Positions 10,124 to 23,127 of a DNA stretch of 64,000 bases are shown piece after piece. Below the pieces are notes generated by a model that saw only the letters and a program-made list of their open reading frames with translations, was not told the DNA's origin and did no database searches. The stretch spans positions 832,001 to 896,000 of the forward strand of contig CAVWCF010000001.1 in assembly GCA_963753435.1 (NCBI GenBank), given 5' to 3'. The position numbers and the translations under genes were made by a program. How positions within the stretch are numbered: the first letter of the stretch is position 1; every line of letters begins with the position of its first letter. The DNA comes from an uncultured Actinomycetota bacterium. Lineage in GTDB: Bacteria; Actinomycetota; Actinomycetes; CAVWCF01.

Positions 10124-11500
10124 TCAGCCGCGGAACTCCGCACCCAGCCAACGCTCCAGGCCGTCCAGGCCGATCCGCTCCTGCTTCATGGTGTCCCGCT
10201 CGCGAACCGTCACCGCTTGATCCTGCAACGTGTCGAAGTCAACGGTGACGCAGTACGGGGTGCCGATCTCGTCCTGGCGCCGGTAGCGGCGACCGATCGC
10301 GCCGGCGTCGTCGAAGTCGACGTTCCAGTGCTTGCGTAGTCGCTGGGCGACGTCCTTGGCCACCGGACTCAGGTCGGCGTTGCGGGACAGCGGCAGCACT
10401 GCGACCTTGATCGGGGCCAGCCGCTTGTCCAGACGCAACACCGTGCGCTTGTCCACACCGCCCTTGGTGTTCGGCGCCTCGTCCTCGCTGTAGGCGTCCA
10501 TTAGGAACGCCAGCACCGCTCGCGTCAGCCCAGCGGCCGGTTCGATCACGTACGGAACCCAGCGCTCGGACTTGTCCTGATCGAAGTAGGACAAGTCCTG
10601 GCCGGAATGCTTCGTGTGCGTGGACAGATCGAAGTCGGTGCGGTTGGCGATGCCTTCCAACTCCGCCCACTCCGAGCCGCCGAACTGGAAGCGGTACTCG
10701 ATGTCCACGGTGCGCTTGGAGTAGTGCGACAACTTCTCCTGCGGGTGCTCGAAACGACGCATGTTGTCCGGGTTCAACCCCAGATCCACGTACCAGTCCC
10801 AGCGCTTCTTCAGCCAGTACTCGTGCCACTCCTCGTCGGTTCCCGGCTCGACGAAGAACTCCATCTCCATCTGCTCGAATTCGCGGGTTCGGAAGATGAA
10901 GTTGCCCGGCGTGATCTCGTTGCGGAACGACTTGCCGGTCTGCGCGATGCCGAAAGGCGGCTTCTTCCGCGCCGTCTGCATGACCTGCGCGAAATTGACG
11001 AAGATGCCCTGAGCGGTCTCCGGACGCAGGTAGTGCAGGCCCTCCTCGGTCTCGACCGGGCCCAGGTGGGTGCGCAGCAGCCCGTTGAACATCCGGGGGT
11101 CGGTCCAGGAGTCCTTGTTGCCGCAGTTGGGACAAGGGACCTCGGCCAGCCCGGCTGGTTCGCGGCCCTTGCGCTCGGCGAACTCCTCAAGCAGCGTGTC
11201 GGCGCGGAACCGGTGGTGGCAGGACGTGCACTCCGTCAGCGGGTCAACGAAGGCCTCAACGTGACCGGAAGCGGTCCAGACCTGCGGGCTCAGGATGATC
11301 GATGAGTCGATACCCACGATGTCGTCGCGGGAGTGCACCATCTCCCGCCACCACTCCCGGCGGATGTTCTCCTTGAGTTCCACCCCGAGCGGGCCGTAGT
11401 CCCACGCGGACCTGGTGCCCCCGTAGATCTCGCTGCACGGATAGACGAATCCGCGTCGCTTAGAGAGATTGACGATCTGGTCGACGAGGTCCACGGCCAC
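10124..11500 (-). CDS. glyQS: glycine--tRNA ligase (alpha2 type)
   Basis: Motifs [34 protein letters not shown] and [14 protein letters not shown]. Confidence 0.97.
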   Translation of the reverse strand: MAVDLVDQIVNLSKRRGFVYPCSEIYGGTRSAWDYGPLGVELKENIRREWWREMVHSRDDIVGIDSSIILSPQVWTASGHVEAFVDPLTECTSCHHRFRADTLLEEFAERKGREPAGLAEVPCPNCGNKDSWTDPRMFNGLLRTHLGPVETEEGLHYLRPETAQGIFVNFAQVMQTARKKPPFGIAQTGKSFRNEITPGNFIFRTREFEQMEMEFFVEPGTDEEWHEYWLKKRWDWYVDLGLNPDNMRRFEHPQEKLSHYSKRTVDIEYRFQFGGSEWAELEGIANRTDFDLSTHTKHSGQDLSYFDQDKSERWVPYVIEPAAGLTRAVLAFLMDAYSEDEAPNTKGGVDKRTVLRLDKRLAPIKVAVLPLSRNADLSPVAKDVAQRLRKHWNVDFDDAGAIGRRYRRQDEIGTPYCVTVDFDTLQDQAVTVRERDTMKQERIGLDGLERWLGAEFRG

Positions 11501-11645
11501 GGCGCTTCTCCATCCGGCTGGTTGTCGGCGAGCGCGCGCGGCAACGGCCGCGCAGTCGCGTCAGGCTACCCGCGCATCGGGTCCGCAGCGGATCGGGGAC
11601 GATGAGCCCTCGACCGGGCTTGCCCCGGCGGCACCGGGAGGGCAG

Positions 11646-11948
11646 TTGAGCACCAACGGGTCAGGCGACGGCTTCGAGCGCGGTGGCTTCGAGGAGGCCA
11701 GCCGGCCCGCCCTGCGGTGGCTGTCCCGCCAGCCACGGTGGCTGCTGCTGCTTGCCGTCCTCGCCGCGCTGGTCGCCGGGCTGTTCCTTCGCAACGCCGT
11801 CGGCGGGGTGATCCTGCTGCTGCTGGCGGGGTTCCTGTCCTGGTTGCTGGCACTGAGTTGGCCAGTCCTGTCCCCAGGGGGTCGCTACCTGCGGCTGGGC
11901 ACGATCCTGCTGTTGGCAGCAGCGGCCGGCCTGCGGCTCGTATCCTGA
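11646..11948 (+). CDS. small integral membrane protein (DUF6703-like)
   Basis: GGGAGG SD then TTG. FEEASRPALRWLSRQPRW is followed by three hydrophobic segments (WLLALSWP). Confidence 0.7.
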   Translation: MSTNGSGDGFERGGFEEASRPALRWLSRQPRWLLLLAVLAALVAGLFLRNAVGGVILLLLAGFLSWLLALSWPVLSPGGRYLRLGTILLLAAAAGLRLVS

Positions 11949-11951
11949 CTG

Positions 11952-11972
11952 AATTGACAATCGTTTCCATTA
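11952..11972. promoter_or_regulatory. Zur box
   Basis: AATTGACAATCGTTTCCATTA is an AT-rich 21-bp imperfect palindrome resembling the actinobacterial Zur consensus, 18 bp before znuA. Confidence 0.85.
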
Positions 11973-11990
11973 CCGGCCAGGATCGGCCAC

Positions 11991-12914
11991 ATGAAGTTGC
12001 TGACCGCGCTAGCCGGGGCCGCCACGCTGACCGCCCTGGCCGCCTGCTCGTCCGGAACTGACTCCGACGACGCAGCTGCCGACACCTTGTCCGTCGTCGT
12101 GTCCGCGTACCCGCTGCAGTTCGCCGCCGAGCGGGTCGGTGGGGATGCCGTGACCGTCACCAACCTCACTCCCCCGGGCGCTGAGCCGCACGACGTGGAG
12201 TTGACGCCGAAGCAGATCGCCTCGATCGGTGCCGCCGACCTGGTCCTCTACATCGGTGGCTTCCAGGGGGCCGTGGACGACGCTGTCGCCCAAGAAGGTG
12301 GCGACCGGTCCCTGGACGTCGGCGCCGGGCTCACCACCCTGCCGCCCACAGAAGACGCAATCGCCGAGGCGGTCGAGGAGGGCGAACCCGCTCCCGTCGG
12401 CGACCCGCACATCTGGCTGGACCCCACGCTGATGGCCGACATTGCCGGCGCCATCGAGCAGCGCTTGAGCGCACTGTCGCAGTCCGATTCGGCGGCATTC
12501 AGCCAGAACCTCGCCGCCCTGCAGTCGGAACTGTCGGACTTGGACCGCGACTGGGAAGACGGCACCAGGAACTGCGAGAGCCGCGACCTGGTCGTCAGTC
12601 ACGAAGCTTTCGGCTATCTGGGTCAGCGCTACGACTTCACTCAGGTCGGCTTGTCCGGGCTGGACCCCGAGGCCGAGCCGACGCCAGCGCGCCTGGCTGA
12701 AGTCGCCGACTTCGTCGTGGCCAATGACGTGACCACCATCTACTTCGAGACCCTCGTCGATCCCGCAGTAGCCGAGACGATCGCCGCCGAGACCGGAGCG
12801 AGCACGGCACCCCTGGATCCAATCGAAGGCGTGCTCGATGGCAGCGACGACGACTACCTTTCGCTAATGCGCGACAACCTCGCCGAGGTAGTCACCGGCC
12901 AGCGCTGCGCATGA
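11991..12914 (+). CDS. znuA: zinc ABC transporter substrate-binding lipoprotein
   Basis: Lipobox LAAC and motifs EPHD, DPHIWLDP, SHEAFGY. Confidence 0.92.
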   Translation: MKLLTALAGAATLTALAACSSGTDSDDAAADTLSVVVSAYPLQFAAERVGGDAVTVTNLTPPGAEPHDVELTPKQIASIGAADLVLYIGGFQGAVDDAVAQEGGDRSLDVGAGLTTLPPTEDAIAEAVEEGEPAPVGDPHIWLDPTLMADIAGAIEQRLSALSQSDSAAFSQNLAALQSELSDLDRDWEDGTRNCESRDLVVSHEAFGYLGQRYDFTQVGLSGLDPEAEPTPARLAEVADFVVANDVTTIYFETLVDPAVAETIAAETGASTAPLDPIEGVLDGSDDDYLSLMRDNLAEVVTGQRCA

Positions 12915-12976
12915 GCAGGCGCCCGGGCGAAGCGAACCGGTGCTCAGCCGCGTACCGGTAGATGGCAAAGGTGTCC

Positions 12977-13741
12977 ATGTCGGAGTCCACCCCGTTCGTC
13001 TTGCGCGATGTCTGCGTTGAGTTCAACGGCGAAAAGGTCCTGGACGGAATCGACCTGACCATCACGCCTGGTGAGTACTTGGTGCTGCTCGGCGAGAACG
13101 GCTCGGGCAAGTCAACGCTGCTTCGCGCGATGCTCGGGCTGGTGCCATTGCGCTCCGGACAGATCGAGTCCCACGGGCAGCCGGTGGGTCGCGCGCCGAG
13201 GGACGTCGCCTACGTGCCACAGCGACTGTTGGCCGCGACCACGGTGCCGGTCTCGGTCCTGGAAACGGTTCGTGCCGCCCTGATTCAGCCAGGCAACCGG
13301 TTGCGCCCAGCGCGCCGGGAGTCGCGCCGCCGGGCCGCCGAGGCCCTGGACGCCGTCGGGCTACTGCACCGCCAGCACTCGCGCCTGGACACGCTGTCCG
13401 GTGGCCAACAACGCCGGGTGATGGTCGCGCGAGCGCTGGCCACCGGTGCGTCAACGCTGCTGCTGGACGAACCCACGGCCGGCATCGACGCCGACAGCGA
13501 GTTGCGGATGGCCGACGTCATCGCCGACCTGCACGCCAACGGTCGCACGATCGTGTTGGTCACCCACGACCTCGGGGAGATCACCCAGACAGCAACCAGA
13601 GCAGTGGTGCTCGGGGGCCGGCCTGCCGGTCGAGTTCGGTACGACGGGCCGGTGCCGCCACCAGCGCACATCTACACCGGGACCTGGCACCACCACGACC
13701 CGGACCCGGATCCGACCCGACCAGGCGTGGTGTCCGGATGA
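12977..13741 (+). CDS. znuC: zinc ABC transporter ATP-binding protein
   Basis: Motifs GENGSGKST, YVPQ, LSGGQQRR and LLLDEP, with a C-terminal HHH. Confidence 0.92.
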   Translation: MSESTPFVLRDVCVEFNGEKVLDGIDLTITPGEYLVLLGENGSGKSTLLRAMLGLVPLRSGQIESHGQPVGRAPRDVAYVPQRLLAATTVPVSVLETVRAALIQPGNRLRPARRESRRRAAEALDAVGLLHRQHSRLDTLSGGQQRRVMVARALATGASTLLLDEPTAGIDADSELRMADVIADLHANGRTIVLVTHDLGEITQTATRAVVLGGRPAGRVRYDGPVPPPAHIYTGTWHHHDPDPDPTRPGVVSG

Positions 13742-14553
13742 GCCTGCTGTCGTACGAGTTCATGCAGCGGGCGCTGCTGGCGGCGGTGGTCATCGGCGTG
13801 GTCGCGCCGATGATCGGAGTGTTCCTGGTGCAGCGGCGGTTGGCGCTGCTCGGGGACGGAATGGGACACGTGGCGCTATCGGGCGTCGGGCTGTCCTTCC
13901 TGCTTGGCACCGCCCCGGTCCCCACCGCGCTGCTGCTCGCGGTGCTCGGCGCGGTCGCCCTGGAGATCATCCGCGCCCGCAGCCGTACTGCGGGTGACTT
14001 GGCCCTGGCGATCGTCTTCTATGGCGGTCTGGCCGGCGGTGTCCTGTTCACGTCCCTGGCCGGTGGCCAATCGAGCAGCGCGCTGAACCAGTACCTGTTC
14101 GGCTCCCTGTCCACGATCTCTGTCAGCGACCTGGTTGCCCTGGTGGTCGCCGGAGTTCTGGTGGTCGCCGTGCTCGTGGTCTTCGGACGCGAGCTGTTCG
14201 CGGTCAGTCTCGACCCCGAGACCGCACACACCCAGGGCATCCGCACGCAGTGGATCAGCGGCCTGCTAACCGTCCTTGCATCCGTAACCGTGGTCATCGG
14301 GATGCGGACCGTGGGATTGCTACTGGTGAGCGCGATCATGATCCTGCCCGTAGCCGCGTCACAGCAGTTGGCCCGCTCATTCCGCGGCAGCGCCATCGGT
14401 GCTGTGGGAGTCGGCCTATTCGCTGCTACCGCCGGCCTGGTGGCGTCGTTCTACCTGGACGTTCCCCCCGGGCCGACGATCGTCTTCATGGCGCTGGGTG
14501 TCTTCCTCCTCGCCCTGGCCGCCGCCTCGCTCACCCGACGCGCGGTGGCGTAA
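13738..14553 (+). CDS. znuB: zinc ABC transporter permease
   Basis: Motifs FMQRAL, GDGMGHVAL, YLFGS and VG.LLVSA. Confidence 0.92.
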   Translation: MSLLSYEFMQRALLAAVVIGVVAPMIGVFLVQRRLALLGDGMGHVALSGVGLSFLLGTAPVPTALLLAVLGAVALEIIRARSRTAGDLALAIVFYGGLAGGVLFTSLAGGQSSSALNQYLFGSLSTISVSDLVALVVAGVLVVAVLVVFGRELFAVSLDPETAHTQGIRTQWISGLLTVLASVTVVIGMRTVGLLLVSAIMILPVAASQQLARSFRGSAIGAVGVGLFAATAGLVASFYLDVPPGPTIVFMALGVFLLALAAASLTRRAVA

Positions 14554-14556
14554 GGG

Positions 14557-14584
14557 ATATGCATTGTTGCTAATGTACGCATAT
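14557..14584. promoter_or_regulatory. probable SmtB/ArsR autoregulatory operator
   Basis: ATATGCATTGTTGCTAATGTACGCATAT is an AT-rich imperfect inverted repeat (ATATGC...GCATAT) filling the znuB-smtB gap. Confidence 0.6.
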
Positions 14585-14909
14585 GGCTATGCCTGAAACC
14601 CCTGCGGAAGTCCCGAACTATGCGGGCTCCACGTTCGACGCAACGGCGGAGATGTTCAAGGCCCTCTCCAGCCCGCTAAGGCTGGCGATCGTGCACGCGG
14701 TCCATGCCGGCCCTAAGTGCGTCCACGACCTCGTTGACGAACTAGGCGTCTCCCAGCCCCTCGTGTCGCAACACCTGCGCGTGCTGCGGGCGGCGCGCGT
14801 GGTGCATGGCGAACGCCGGGGCCGGGAGATCGCCTACCTGCTCACCGACCACCACATCGGTCACATCGTCGGCGACGCGTTGGCGCACACTGCCGAGCCG
14901 CTGGAATGA
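14583..14909 (+). CDS. smtB: ArsR/SmtB family metalloregulator
   Basis: Motifs KALSSPLRL, CVHDLV, SQPLVSQHLRVL and alpha5 site DHHIGHIVGDALAH. Coupled to zur as in mycobacteria. Confidence 0.88.
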   Translation: MAMPETPAEVPNYAGSTFDATAEMFKALSSPLRLAIVHAVHAGPKCVHDLVDELGVSQPLVSQHLRVLRAARVVHGERRGREIAYLLTDHHIGHIVGDALAHTAEPLE

Positions 14910-15370
14910 GCAGCAGTAGAAACGGCGCGGACGCAACGTCCACGGATCTCGCGGTCCCCGGCCTGCGTGCCACCAAGCAGCGCGCAGCGCTGGCGGAGTT
15001 GCTCGAGCGCACCAGCGAGTTCCGCACGGCCCAGCAACTGCACGACGCCCTCAAGCAGGAGGGGCGACGCGTCGGGCTCACCACCGTGTACCGATCGCTG
15101 CAGGCCCTGGCCGACGCCGGCGACGTCGACGTCCGGCGAACCGACGACGGCGAAGCCCTCTACCGGCTGTGCGCCGACCGAGGCACGCACACGCACCACT
15201 TCCACCTGGTTTGCCGCAACTGCGCCAATGACGTCGAGTTGGACACACCAGCCATGGACAAGTGGGCGCACGACCTTGCGCGCGAACACGGCTACCGCGA
15301 CGTCAGCCACACGATCGAGATCTTCGGGCTGTGCGCAGCCTGCGCCGGGTCCGACGCGCAGCCCGACTAG
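14906..15370 (+). CDS. zur: Fur family regulator Zur
   Basis: Motifs GLTTVYRSL, HTHHFHLVCRNC and HTIEIFGLCAAC, in a znu context. Confidence 0.9.
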   Translation: MSSSRNGADATSTDLAVPGLRATKQRAALAELLERTSEFRTAQQLHDALKQEGRRVGLTTVYRSLQALADAGDVDVRRTDDGEALYRLCADRGTHTHHFHLVCRNCANDVELDTPAMDKWAHDLAREHGYRDVSHTIEIFGLCAACAGSDAQPD

Positions 15371-15388
15371 GAGCGCGGCAGCGGGCGT

Positions 15389-16165
15389 CTAGCGACCGCC
15401 GACGTTCGGCTCAGCTCCGCCGTAGCGACGATCTCGCCTGGCGTACTCCACGCACGCCGCCCACAGGTCCGCGCGGCCGAAGTCCGGCCAGAGCACATCG
15501 GAGAACACCAACTCCGCATAAGCGGACTGCCACAACAGGAAGTTGCTGATGCGCTTCTCGCCACTGCTGCGGACGAACAGGTCGACGTCGGGCAGGTCCG
15601 GCTCATCAAGGTGACGGGCCAACACCTCCTCATCCACGTCGGCGGGGCGCAGCCGGCCGGCGGCGACATCGGCCGCCACCGCGGCGGCGGCGTCGGCAAG
15701 TTCCGCGCGACCGCCGTAGTTGATGCACATCGTCAGGGTGAGGCCGGTGTTTCCGGCGGTGACGCGTTCGGCGTCCTCAAGCTCGGACACGACCGAGCGC
15801 CACAACCGTTGCCGCCGACCCGCCCAGCGCAGCCGGACACCCAACTCGTTCATCTGATCCCGCCGCCGGCGCAGCACGTTGCGGTTGAAACCCATCAGGA
15901 ACCGCACCTCGTCGGGGGAACGTTTCCAGTTCTCGGTGCTGAAGGCGTAGGCGGTCAGATACCGCACCCCGATCTCGATGGCGCCTTCGACGACGTCGAA
16001 GAGGGCCGCCTCACCGGCCTCGTGGCCGGCCGTCCGCGGCAGGCCACGTTGGGCCGCCCATCGACCGTTGCCGTCCATGACGACGGCCACGTGCCGCGGG
16101 ACCAGTTCAGCCGGAAGCTGCGGGGCGACACGAGGCGGCGTCGTCTCCTCGGGCGGCGCGGTCAC
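15389..16165 (-). CDS. uppS: isoprenyl transferase (cis-prenyl diphosphate synthase)
   Basis: Motifs [38 protein letters not shown] and RRYGG. Confidence 0.95.
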   Translation of the reverse strand: MTAPPEETTPPRVAPQLPAELVPRHVAVVMDGNGRWAAQRGLPRTAGHEAGEAALFDVVEGAIEIGVRYLTAYAFSTENWKRSPDEVRFLMGFNRNVLRRRRDQMNELGVRLRWAGRRQRLWRSVVSELEDAERVTAGNTGLTLTMCINYGGRAELADAAAAVAADVAAGRLRPADVDEEVLARHLDEPDLPDVDLFVRSSGEKRISNFLLWQSAYAELVFSDVLWPDFGRADLWAACVEYARRDRRYGGAEPNVGGR

Positions 16166-16185
16166 GCGCGAACGCTAGCCGTCGC

Positions 16186-16914
16186 TCAGGTGCGATCAAC
16201 CAGCGGAAGGGACCGCAGGCCGCGTTCCAGGTGCCACTGCAGGTAGGCCGTGACCAGACCCGTGGCCGCCCGCCGCTCCCGCTCGGCCGACTCCTCCGCA
16301 ACCGGCCAGTCACCGGCCAGCAGCGCCCCCAGCAGCACGATCGTGGCCTCGTCCACCGTCGCCGACCCGGGTGGTCGGCAGTCACCGCACACCAACCCCC
16401 CGCCGGCCACCGAGAAGAAGCGGTGCGGTCCCTCAACGCCACAGCGGGCGCAGCCGTCCAGCGACGGGGCATAGCCGGCAACAGCCAGCGACCGCAGCAG
16501 ATAGGAGTCCAGGATCAGTCCGGCGGGACGCGATCCACTGGCCAGGGCGCGCAGGCCGCCGACGAGCAACAGGTACTGCTGGACCGCAGGTTCGCCCTCG
16601 TCGCTGAGCCGTTCCGCGGTTTCCAGCATCGCCGTGCCGGCGGTGAACCGCTGGTAGTCCCCGCCGATGTGCGACCCGAACGGGTCCAACGCAGCGACTT
16701 CGGTCACGACATCGAGGGTGCGCCCGATGTAGCACTGGGCGTCTACCCGCGTGAACGGCTCCAAACGCGCACCGAACTTGCTGCTCGTCCGGCGCACCCC
16801 CTTGGCCACCGCCCGGACCTTGCCGCGCTCCCGCGTCAGCAGTGTGACGATCCGATCCGCCTCACCGAGTTTGTGCGTGCGCAGCACAACACCCTCAACC
16901 CGGTAGGTAGCCAC
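16186..16914 (-). CDS. recO: DNA repair protein RecO
   Basis: Motif [28 protein letters not shown] and a CxxC...CxxC zinc finger. Confidence 0.96.
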   Translation of the reverse strand: MATYRVEGVVLRTHKLGEADRIVTLLTRERGKVRAVAKGVRRTSSKFGARLEPFTRVDAQCYIGRTLDVVTEVAALDPFGSHIGGDYQRFTAGTAMLETAERLSDEGEPAVQQYLLLVGGLRALASGSRPAGLILDSYLLRSLAVAGYAPSLDGCARCGVEGPHRFFSVAGGGLVCGDCRPPGSATVDEATIVLLGALLAGDWPVAEESAERERRAATGLVTAYLQWHLERGLRSLPLVDRT

Positions 16915-16948
16915 GGCGCCATTGTCGCCGCATGTTCAGTTGCCGCGT

Positions 16949-18514
16949 TCAGACGCGCGCATCCACCCGGAACTTGGCGATGGACTCCTCCAGGGAGTCC
17001 GCTATCTCGGCCAACCGCCGGGCGGCGTCCTCGGAATCTCGGGACCCGCTCTCCGCTTGCCGCGCTGCCGCGGCGACCTGGGTCATGGCGACAACCACCT
17101 GATCCGAGGCGTTGCGCTGCTGCTGCGTGGCGATGGAGATCTCCCGGGCGGCGGTTGTGGTCTGGTCGGCGGTGTCCGCGATCCGGTCCAGGGCGCGTTC
17201 AGCTGCGCGGGCCAAGTCCACGCCGGCGTGCACCTCCCGGGCCCCGGCCGTCCCCGCCGCCAACGCGGCCGCCGTCTCGGACTGGATCCGAGCCACGATC
17301 TCTTGGATCTGCGAGGTCGCCTCCTGCGCCCGCTCCGCAAGTCGACGCACCTCCCCCGCGACCACGGCGAAGCCGCGGCCGTGTTCGCCGGCGCGGGCCG
17401 CTTCGATTGCGGCGTTGAGGGCCAGCAGGTTCGTGCGATCGGACAACTCGTCGATGACTTGCAGGATTTGGCCGATCTGTCGACCGGACTCGGCCAGAAG
17501 TTCGGACCGCTGCGCAACCGACTCCACGTGCTCGGCGATGTCCTCCATGGCCCCAACGCTGGCCGCCACGGCAGTCCGGCCGTCCTCGGCGTGCCGCAAC
17601 GTGGTCACGGCGAACTCGGCCACCAGTTCCGCAGTGGCGGCGATCTGCGTCGCGGTCCCGGCCAACTCCGCCAAGATCGCGTTCGTCTCCTCCACCGCCG
17701 AACTCTGCTCCCCGGCACCAGCGGCATGCTCACGCGCTGTCTCCAGCAGTCGCCCGACGCTGCTGGACAACTCGTGGCCACCGTCGGAGACCGAGACGAC
17801 CAGTTGCTGCAGGCTGCGCACCGCCCCGCCCAGCGACTCCGCCAGCGAGGTCAATTCCTGCGATCCGGCAACCTCATGGGCTCGAACCGTGAGATCGCCA
17901 TCAGCGGCTGCCTTCAGGACGGCTGATAGTTGCGTCACGCCCCCGGACAGGGCACTGCGGCGTTCCTCGGCCTCCTCGTGGGCCTCGTACACAGTTCGCG
18001 ACAGATTCTGCGTGCTCGCAGTCGCCCAGAAGAGCGTCACCACCGCCGCCAGCAGCAGTGGAGCCGTGTCCGCGGTCAAGGTGCCCGCCCAGGCCACCGC
18101 TAGCGTCAAGGCGAAGCAGTAGCCCACAGCAGTCACTCGTGCCCAAGCGGTCACCACAATCCCGCCGTAGTAGACGAGCGCGGGGAAGGCCAGCAGCCAA
18201 GTGGCGCCGAGCAAGCCACCCGAAGCCGAGACGAGCCCAGCCAGCAGCCCCAGCAGGATCAGGGTGGTGGCGTTGTCCCAGATGTCGGATTCATCGAGAT
18301 CATGCCCTTGGCGGACGGCTCGCGCCGCCAAGAGCGTGGTCAGCGACGCGTTGATGACCATCAGCACGATCCACGCGGCCGCCGCGCGCGGCTGTACCGG
18401 AGCCGCCGCCACGAGCCGATCCACCACGACCACGAGCGCCACCGACAGGGCGGTCGACCCCCAGTGCAGCAGCAGCGTCTCGGTTGCGTACTGCCGCGTG
18501 TAGCGCAGACTCAC
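16949..18514 (-). CDS. methyl-accepting chemotaxis protein with multi-TM N-terminus
   Basis: MCP signature [35 protein letters not shown], preceded by about six hydrophobic segments. Confidence 0.93.
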   Translation of the reverse strand: MSLRYTRQYATETLLLHWGSTALSVALVVVVDRLVAAAPVQPRAAAAWIVLMVINASLTTLLAARAVRQGHDLDESDIWDNATTLILLGLLAGLVSASGGLLGATWLLAFPALVYYGGIVVTAWARVTAVGYCFALTLAVAWAGTLTADTAPLLLAAVVTLFWATASTQNLSRTVYEAHEEAEERRSALSGGVTQLSAVLKAAADGDLTVRAHEVAGSQELTSLAESLGGAVRSLQQLVVSVSDGGHELSSSVGRLLETAREHAAGAGEQSSAVEETNAILAELAGTATQIAATAELVAEFAVTTLRHAEDGRTAVAASVGAMEDIAEHVESVAQRSELLAESGRQIGQILQVIDELSDRTNLLALNAAIEAARAGEHGRGFAVVAGEVRRLAERAQEATSQIQEIVARIQSETAAALAAGTAGAREVHAGVDLARAAERALDRIADTADQTTTAAREISIATQQQRNASDQVVVAMTQVAAAARQAESGSRDSEDAARRLAEIADSLEESIAKFRVDARV

Positions 18515-18521
18515 GCAGGGC

Positions 18522-18549
18522 TTATCGGATCAACCCCGCCTGGGCTGAA
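18522..18549 (-). promoter_or_regulatory. sigma28 (FliA/WhiG)-type promoter of the MCP gene
   Basis: Minus strand reads TTCAG-N15-TCCGATAA-N7-GTG. Confidence 0.75.
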
Positions 18550-18567
18550 CGGGTGAAAGCCGGGAAA

Positions 18568-20500
<1,933 letters not shown>

Positions 20501-20505
20501 GCGCG

Positions 20506-22521
20506 TCAGGGTACACCGGGACCGGTTGGGGTCGAACCTAGGACTGCGGACACGTCCAGCGTCGGATTCCAGGCGCGTACCTGCTGCTGAATCGCGTCGC
20601 GGGCCATGGCCAGTTGCTGGGTCACGATGCGGCGCGAAGCCCACTGCTCCTCGCGCTCCCGCAAGGCCTTGTCGATCGCGACGATCTCGTCCTCGCTCGC
20701 CTGCAGGCGGTAGGCCTGCTGCGTCATTCGCGCCAGGGACAGCCGGTAGTCGTGACCGGACGCCACGAACTGGCCCGGAACCGGGTCCATCCCGTTCTTG
20801 GCGTCGATGGCCGTCAGCACGAACGTGGTGAAGGGTCGCCAACTGACTCCTTGCGGGACCCCAGGGGGACGCGTCCCGACCGGACCCAGCCAACTCGGGG
20901 CCTGGACCAGCAGATCGGGTGAGAACTTCACGATCGGGTCATCGTGATTGCTGAGCAGCACGAACCGGACCGAGGCACGCGCGTCCGGATCCAGCGCCTC
21001 CCATTCGGTGGCGTTGGCCACCTCCACCACCAAGCCGTCGGGGTCGTACCGGTCCGGGTAGGCGCGCCACTGCTGAACCCAGTTGGTCAGCGCCGGTGTG
21101 CCTAGGAACAGACCCGAATCAGCGCCGGCCTGGACCATCCCGCGCGAGCCCTGGCTCTTGAAGACGTCCTGCATCGAGTTCGCGCCCAGGCTCTCGCCGA
21201 AAAGAACCAAGCGCGGCCGAGTGCTCGGGTCCATGGCGGCGAGTCGGCCCGAGATCAAATGCATCAAGGCCCGGTTCTGCTGGATGGCCAGGTCGACCCG
21301 GTCCAAAGACAACGGTGACGGCCGCAGCGAGTACTGCATCGCCACAGACGCGCAGTCGCCCCGGGTGAGGTACTCGAGGGTCTCGATCGCCTGCGGGTTC
21401 ACGTACCCGGTTCCCGTTGGGGACGCAAAGCAGAGCACCGATCGCTCGAAGGCGCCCGTGCGCTCCAACTCCCGAAACGCCAGGAACGCCCGAGCATCGG
21501 TGTCGTCGCCGGAGGCGAGGCCGACGAAGACCCGGATCGGTTCGGCCTGGGCTCCCCCGACCACCGAGTCGATCTCCGCACGGGTTAGCGCCATGTTCAC
21601 GAAACGGCGTCCTTCGCGGCCGATGTCATCGAACGAGACGTGGCTGTCCGGGCTGCCGCTAACCGTCGCAAGCACCGGGCGGTCGTGATAGGCCGCTTCG
21701 ACGGCGTTGCCACCGTTCTCCGATTTGCGCATGACGTACTCCAGCCCCGCCATGCCGGCCGCCGAGACCGCCCCCAGCACCACGGCGTGCCCAATGGGTG
21801 CCGCGAGGATCTCCGCACCCGGAGCGATGCGCCGAACACCGCGAGCCAACTGGCCAGCCAACTGGTTCTCCGCGGCTCCGAACAGACTCAGCCCGACCGC
21901 GACGCCGATCCCGATAACCACTGAACGTCCTGCTGGGCCGCCCGCCGCATCGCCGCCGTTCGGGTCGACCGAGATCGCGCGACGCCGCACCCGTTCCACT
22001 TCCAGCGCCGCAGCTGCGCCGCCGATGGGCGCCATGACCGGCAACGCTGTCCAGGGCAAGCGCGCGCCGGGGCGTTGTTCCAACGCCTCCAGGGCTCCGA
22101 GGACGCTGCCGGCGGCGGCCGTGATGGCCGCGCCCCGAGTCATGCGCCAGCCGAGGGTGCGCAACGCCGCGCGCCGCAGCGGCTCGGCGTGCTGCTGGCT
22201 GAATGCGCGCTGCAGAACCACGCCGGTGCCGGCCACCAGCCCTGACGACGCGAGCATCACGCCCGTACGCGCCAGCGCGGACTCGGGTCGGCGACCTCCG
22301 GCCAGGCGCATCGCCAGTCCCCGCATCAGCGAGGCGCTGGAGGCCTCCAACCCGTAGTTGACCGCTGCGGTCAACCCCGTGGCGATCACCTGGTCCTGCG
22401 TGCTCCGCGGGCGCAGTCCGGGGTAGAGGGACGGCCCAACGCTGGCTGCGGCCGACAGCACGCCCGCTCGCTGGGCCGGGTCGAACCCCGCGAACGCGCG
22501 CTGTAACGCCGGTCTCGCCAT
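20506..22521 (-). CDS. membrane alpha/beta-hydrolase family protein (Abhydrolase_9-like)
   Basis: N-terminal TMs and motifs GREGRRFV, PTGTGYVN, QYSLRPS, FGESLGA, DPIVKF and GHDYR. Confidence 0.88.
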   Translation of the reverse strand: MARPALQRAFAGFDPAQRAGVLSAAASVGPSLYPGLRPRSTQDQVIATGLTAAVNYGLEASSASLMRGLAMRLAGGRRPESALARTGVMLASSGLVAGTGVVLQRAFSQQHAEPLRRAALRTLGWRMTRGAAITAAAGSVLGALEALEQRPGARLPWTALPVMAPIGGAAAALEVERVRRRAISVDPNGGDAAGGPAGRSVVIGIGVAVGLSLFGAAENQLAGQLARGVRRIAPGAEILAAPIGHAVVLGAVSAAGMAGLEYVMRKSENGGNAVEAAYHDRPVLATVSGSPDSHVSFDDIGREGRRFVNMALTRAEIDSVVGGAQAEPIRVFVGLASGDDTDARAFLAFRELERTGAFERSVLCFASPTGTGYVNPQAIETLEYLTRGDCASVAMQYSLRPSPLSLDRVDLAIQQNRALMHLISGRLAAMDPSTRPRLVLFGESLGANSMQDVFKSQGSRGMVQAGADSGLFLGTPALTNWVQQWRAYPDRYDPDGLVVEVANATEWEALDPDARASVRFVLLSNHDDPIVKFSPDLLVQAPSWLGPVGTRPPGVPQGVSWRPFTTFVLTAIDAKNGMDPVPGQFVASGHDYRLSLARMTQQAYRLQASEDEIVAIDKALREREEQWASRRIVTQQLAMARDAIQQQVRAWNPTLDVSAVLGSTPTGPGVP

Positions 22522-22551
22522 GCTTCCTCCTACTTGCCCAGCAGTGGGGCC

Positions 22552-23127
22552 TCAGCCTGCCACCAGTGCGGCGTACTGCGCGGGTGTAACTGCTGCAGTG
22601 GCGATCGTGCCGTCCGGCAGCGGAACGCCCAAGACGTTGCCGTCGCCGCCGACGAACCCGATCGATGTCGCGCCCGCCGCACCAAGGGTCTGGGCGATCT
22701 GACCAATGCCCAGGGGCTGGTCCGGCGGCGGCACACCCGCGAGGTCCGCGTTCAACTGCACGACAACCGTCGTCCCGTCCGGTGACGAATCCCGGACCTC
22801 CAGGGCATCGAACGCGCCGGTGAAGATGGAACGGAATCCCGCCGCCGTCTCCTGATCCGTTGGGCCCGAGACCAGGGCGTCCAGTAGCGCTTGTGGGCCG
22901 ACGTCGGCGTCCACCTCGCGGGACACCGCGACCAGTTGGTTGTTGCGCACCAAGAAGATCGCTGCGGCGGCGGGAACCGGGGAGCCGGTGGGGCTGGCGG
23001 TGGAGGTCGGGGAAGGTGTCGGTTCGGCGATAGGTCGCGCGGCGGAGTCGGTTGGGACCCCGCAACCGCTGGTCAATCCGAACAGGACGACAGCAACGAC
23101 CGCCAGCAGGAAACCGCGCACATTCAC
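22552..23127 (-). CDS. GerMN domain lipoprotein
   Basis: Lipobox-like SGC-GVP and motifs LV.V.R, L..GPTDQE..AG..S, QIAQTL. Confidence 0.85.
   Translation of the reverse strand: MNVRGFLLAVVAVVLFGLTSGCGVPTDSAARPIAEPTPSPTSTASPTGSPVPAAAAIFLVRNNQLVAVSREVDADVGPQALLDALVSGPTDQETAAGFRSIFTGAFDALEVRDSSPDGTTVVVQLNADLAGVPPPDQPLGIGQIAQTLGAAGATSIGFVGGDGNVLGVPLPDGTIATAAVTPAQYAALVAG

Noticed and set aside
18544-18557. BldM-like half site TCACCCGTTC overlapping the MCP promoter
   Set aside because: The second half does not match, and the sequence is explained by the sigma28 -35 element.
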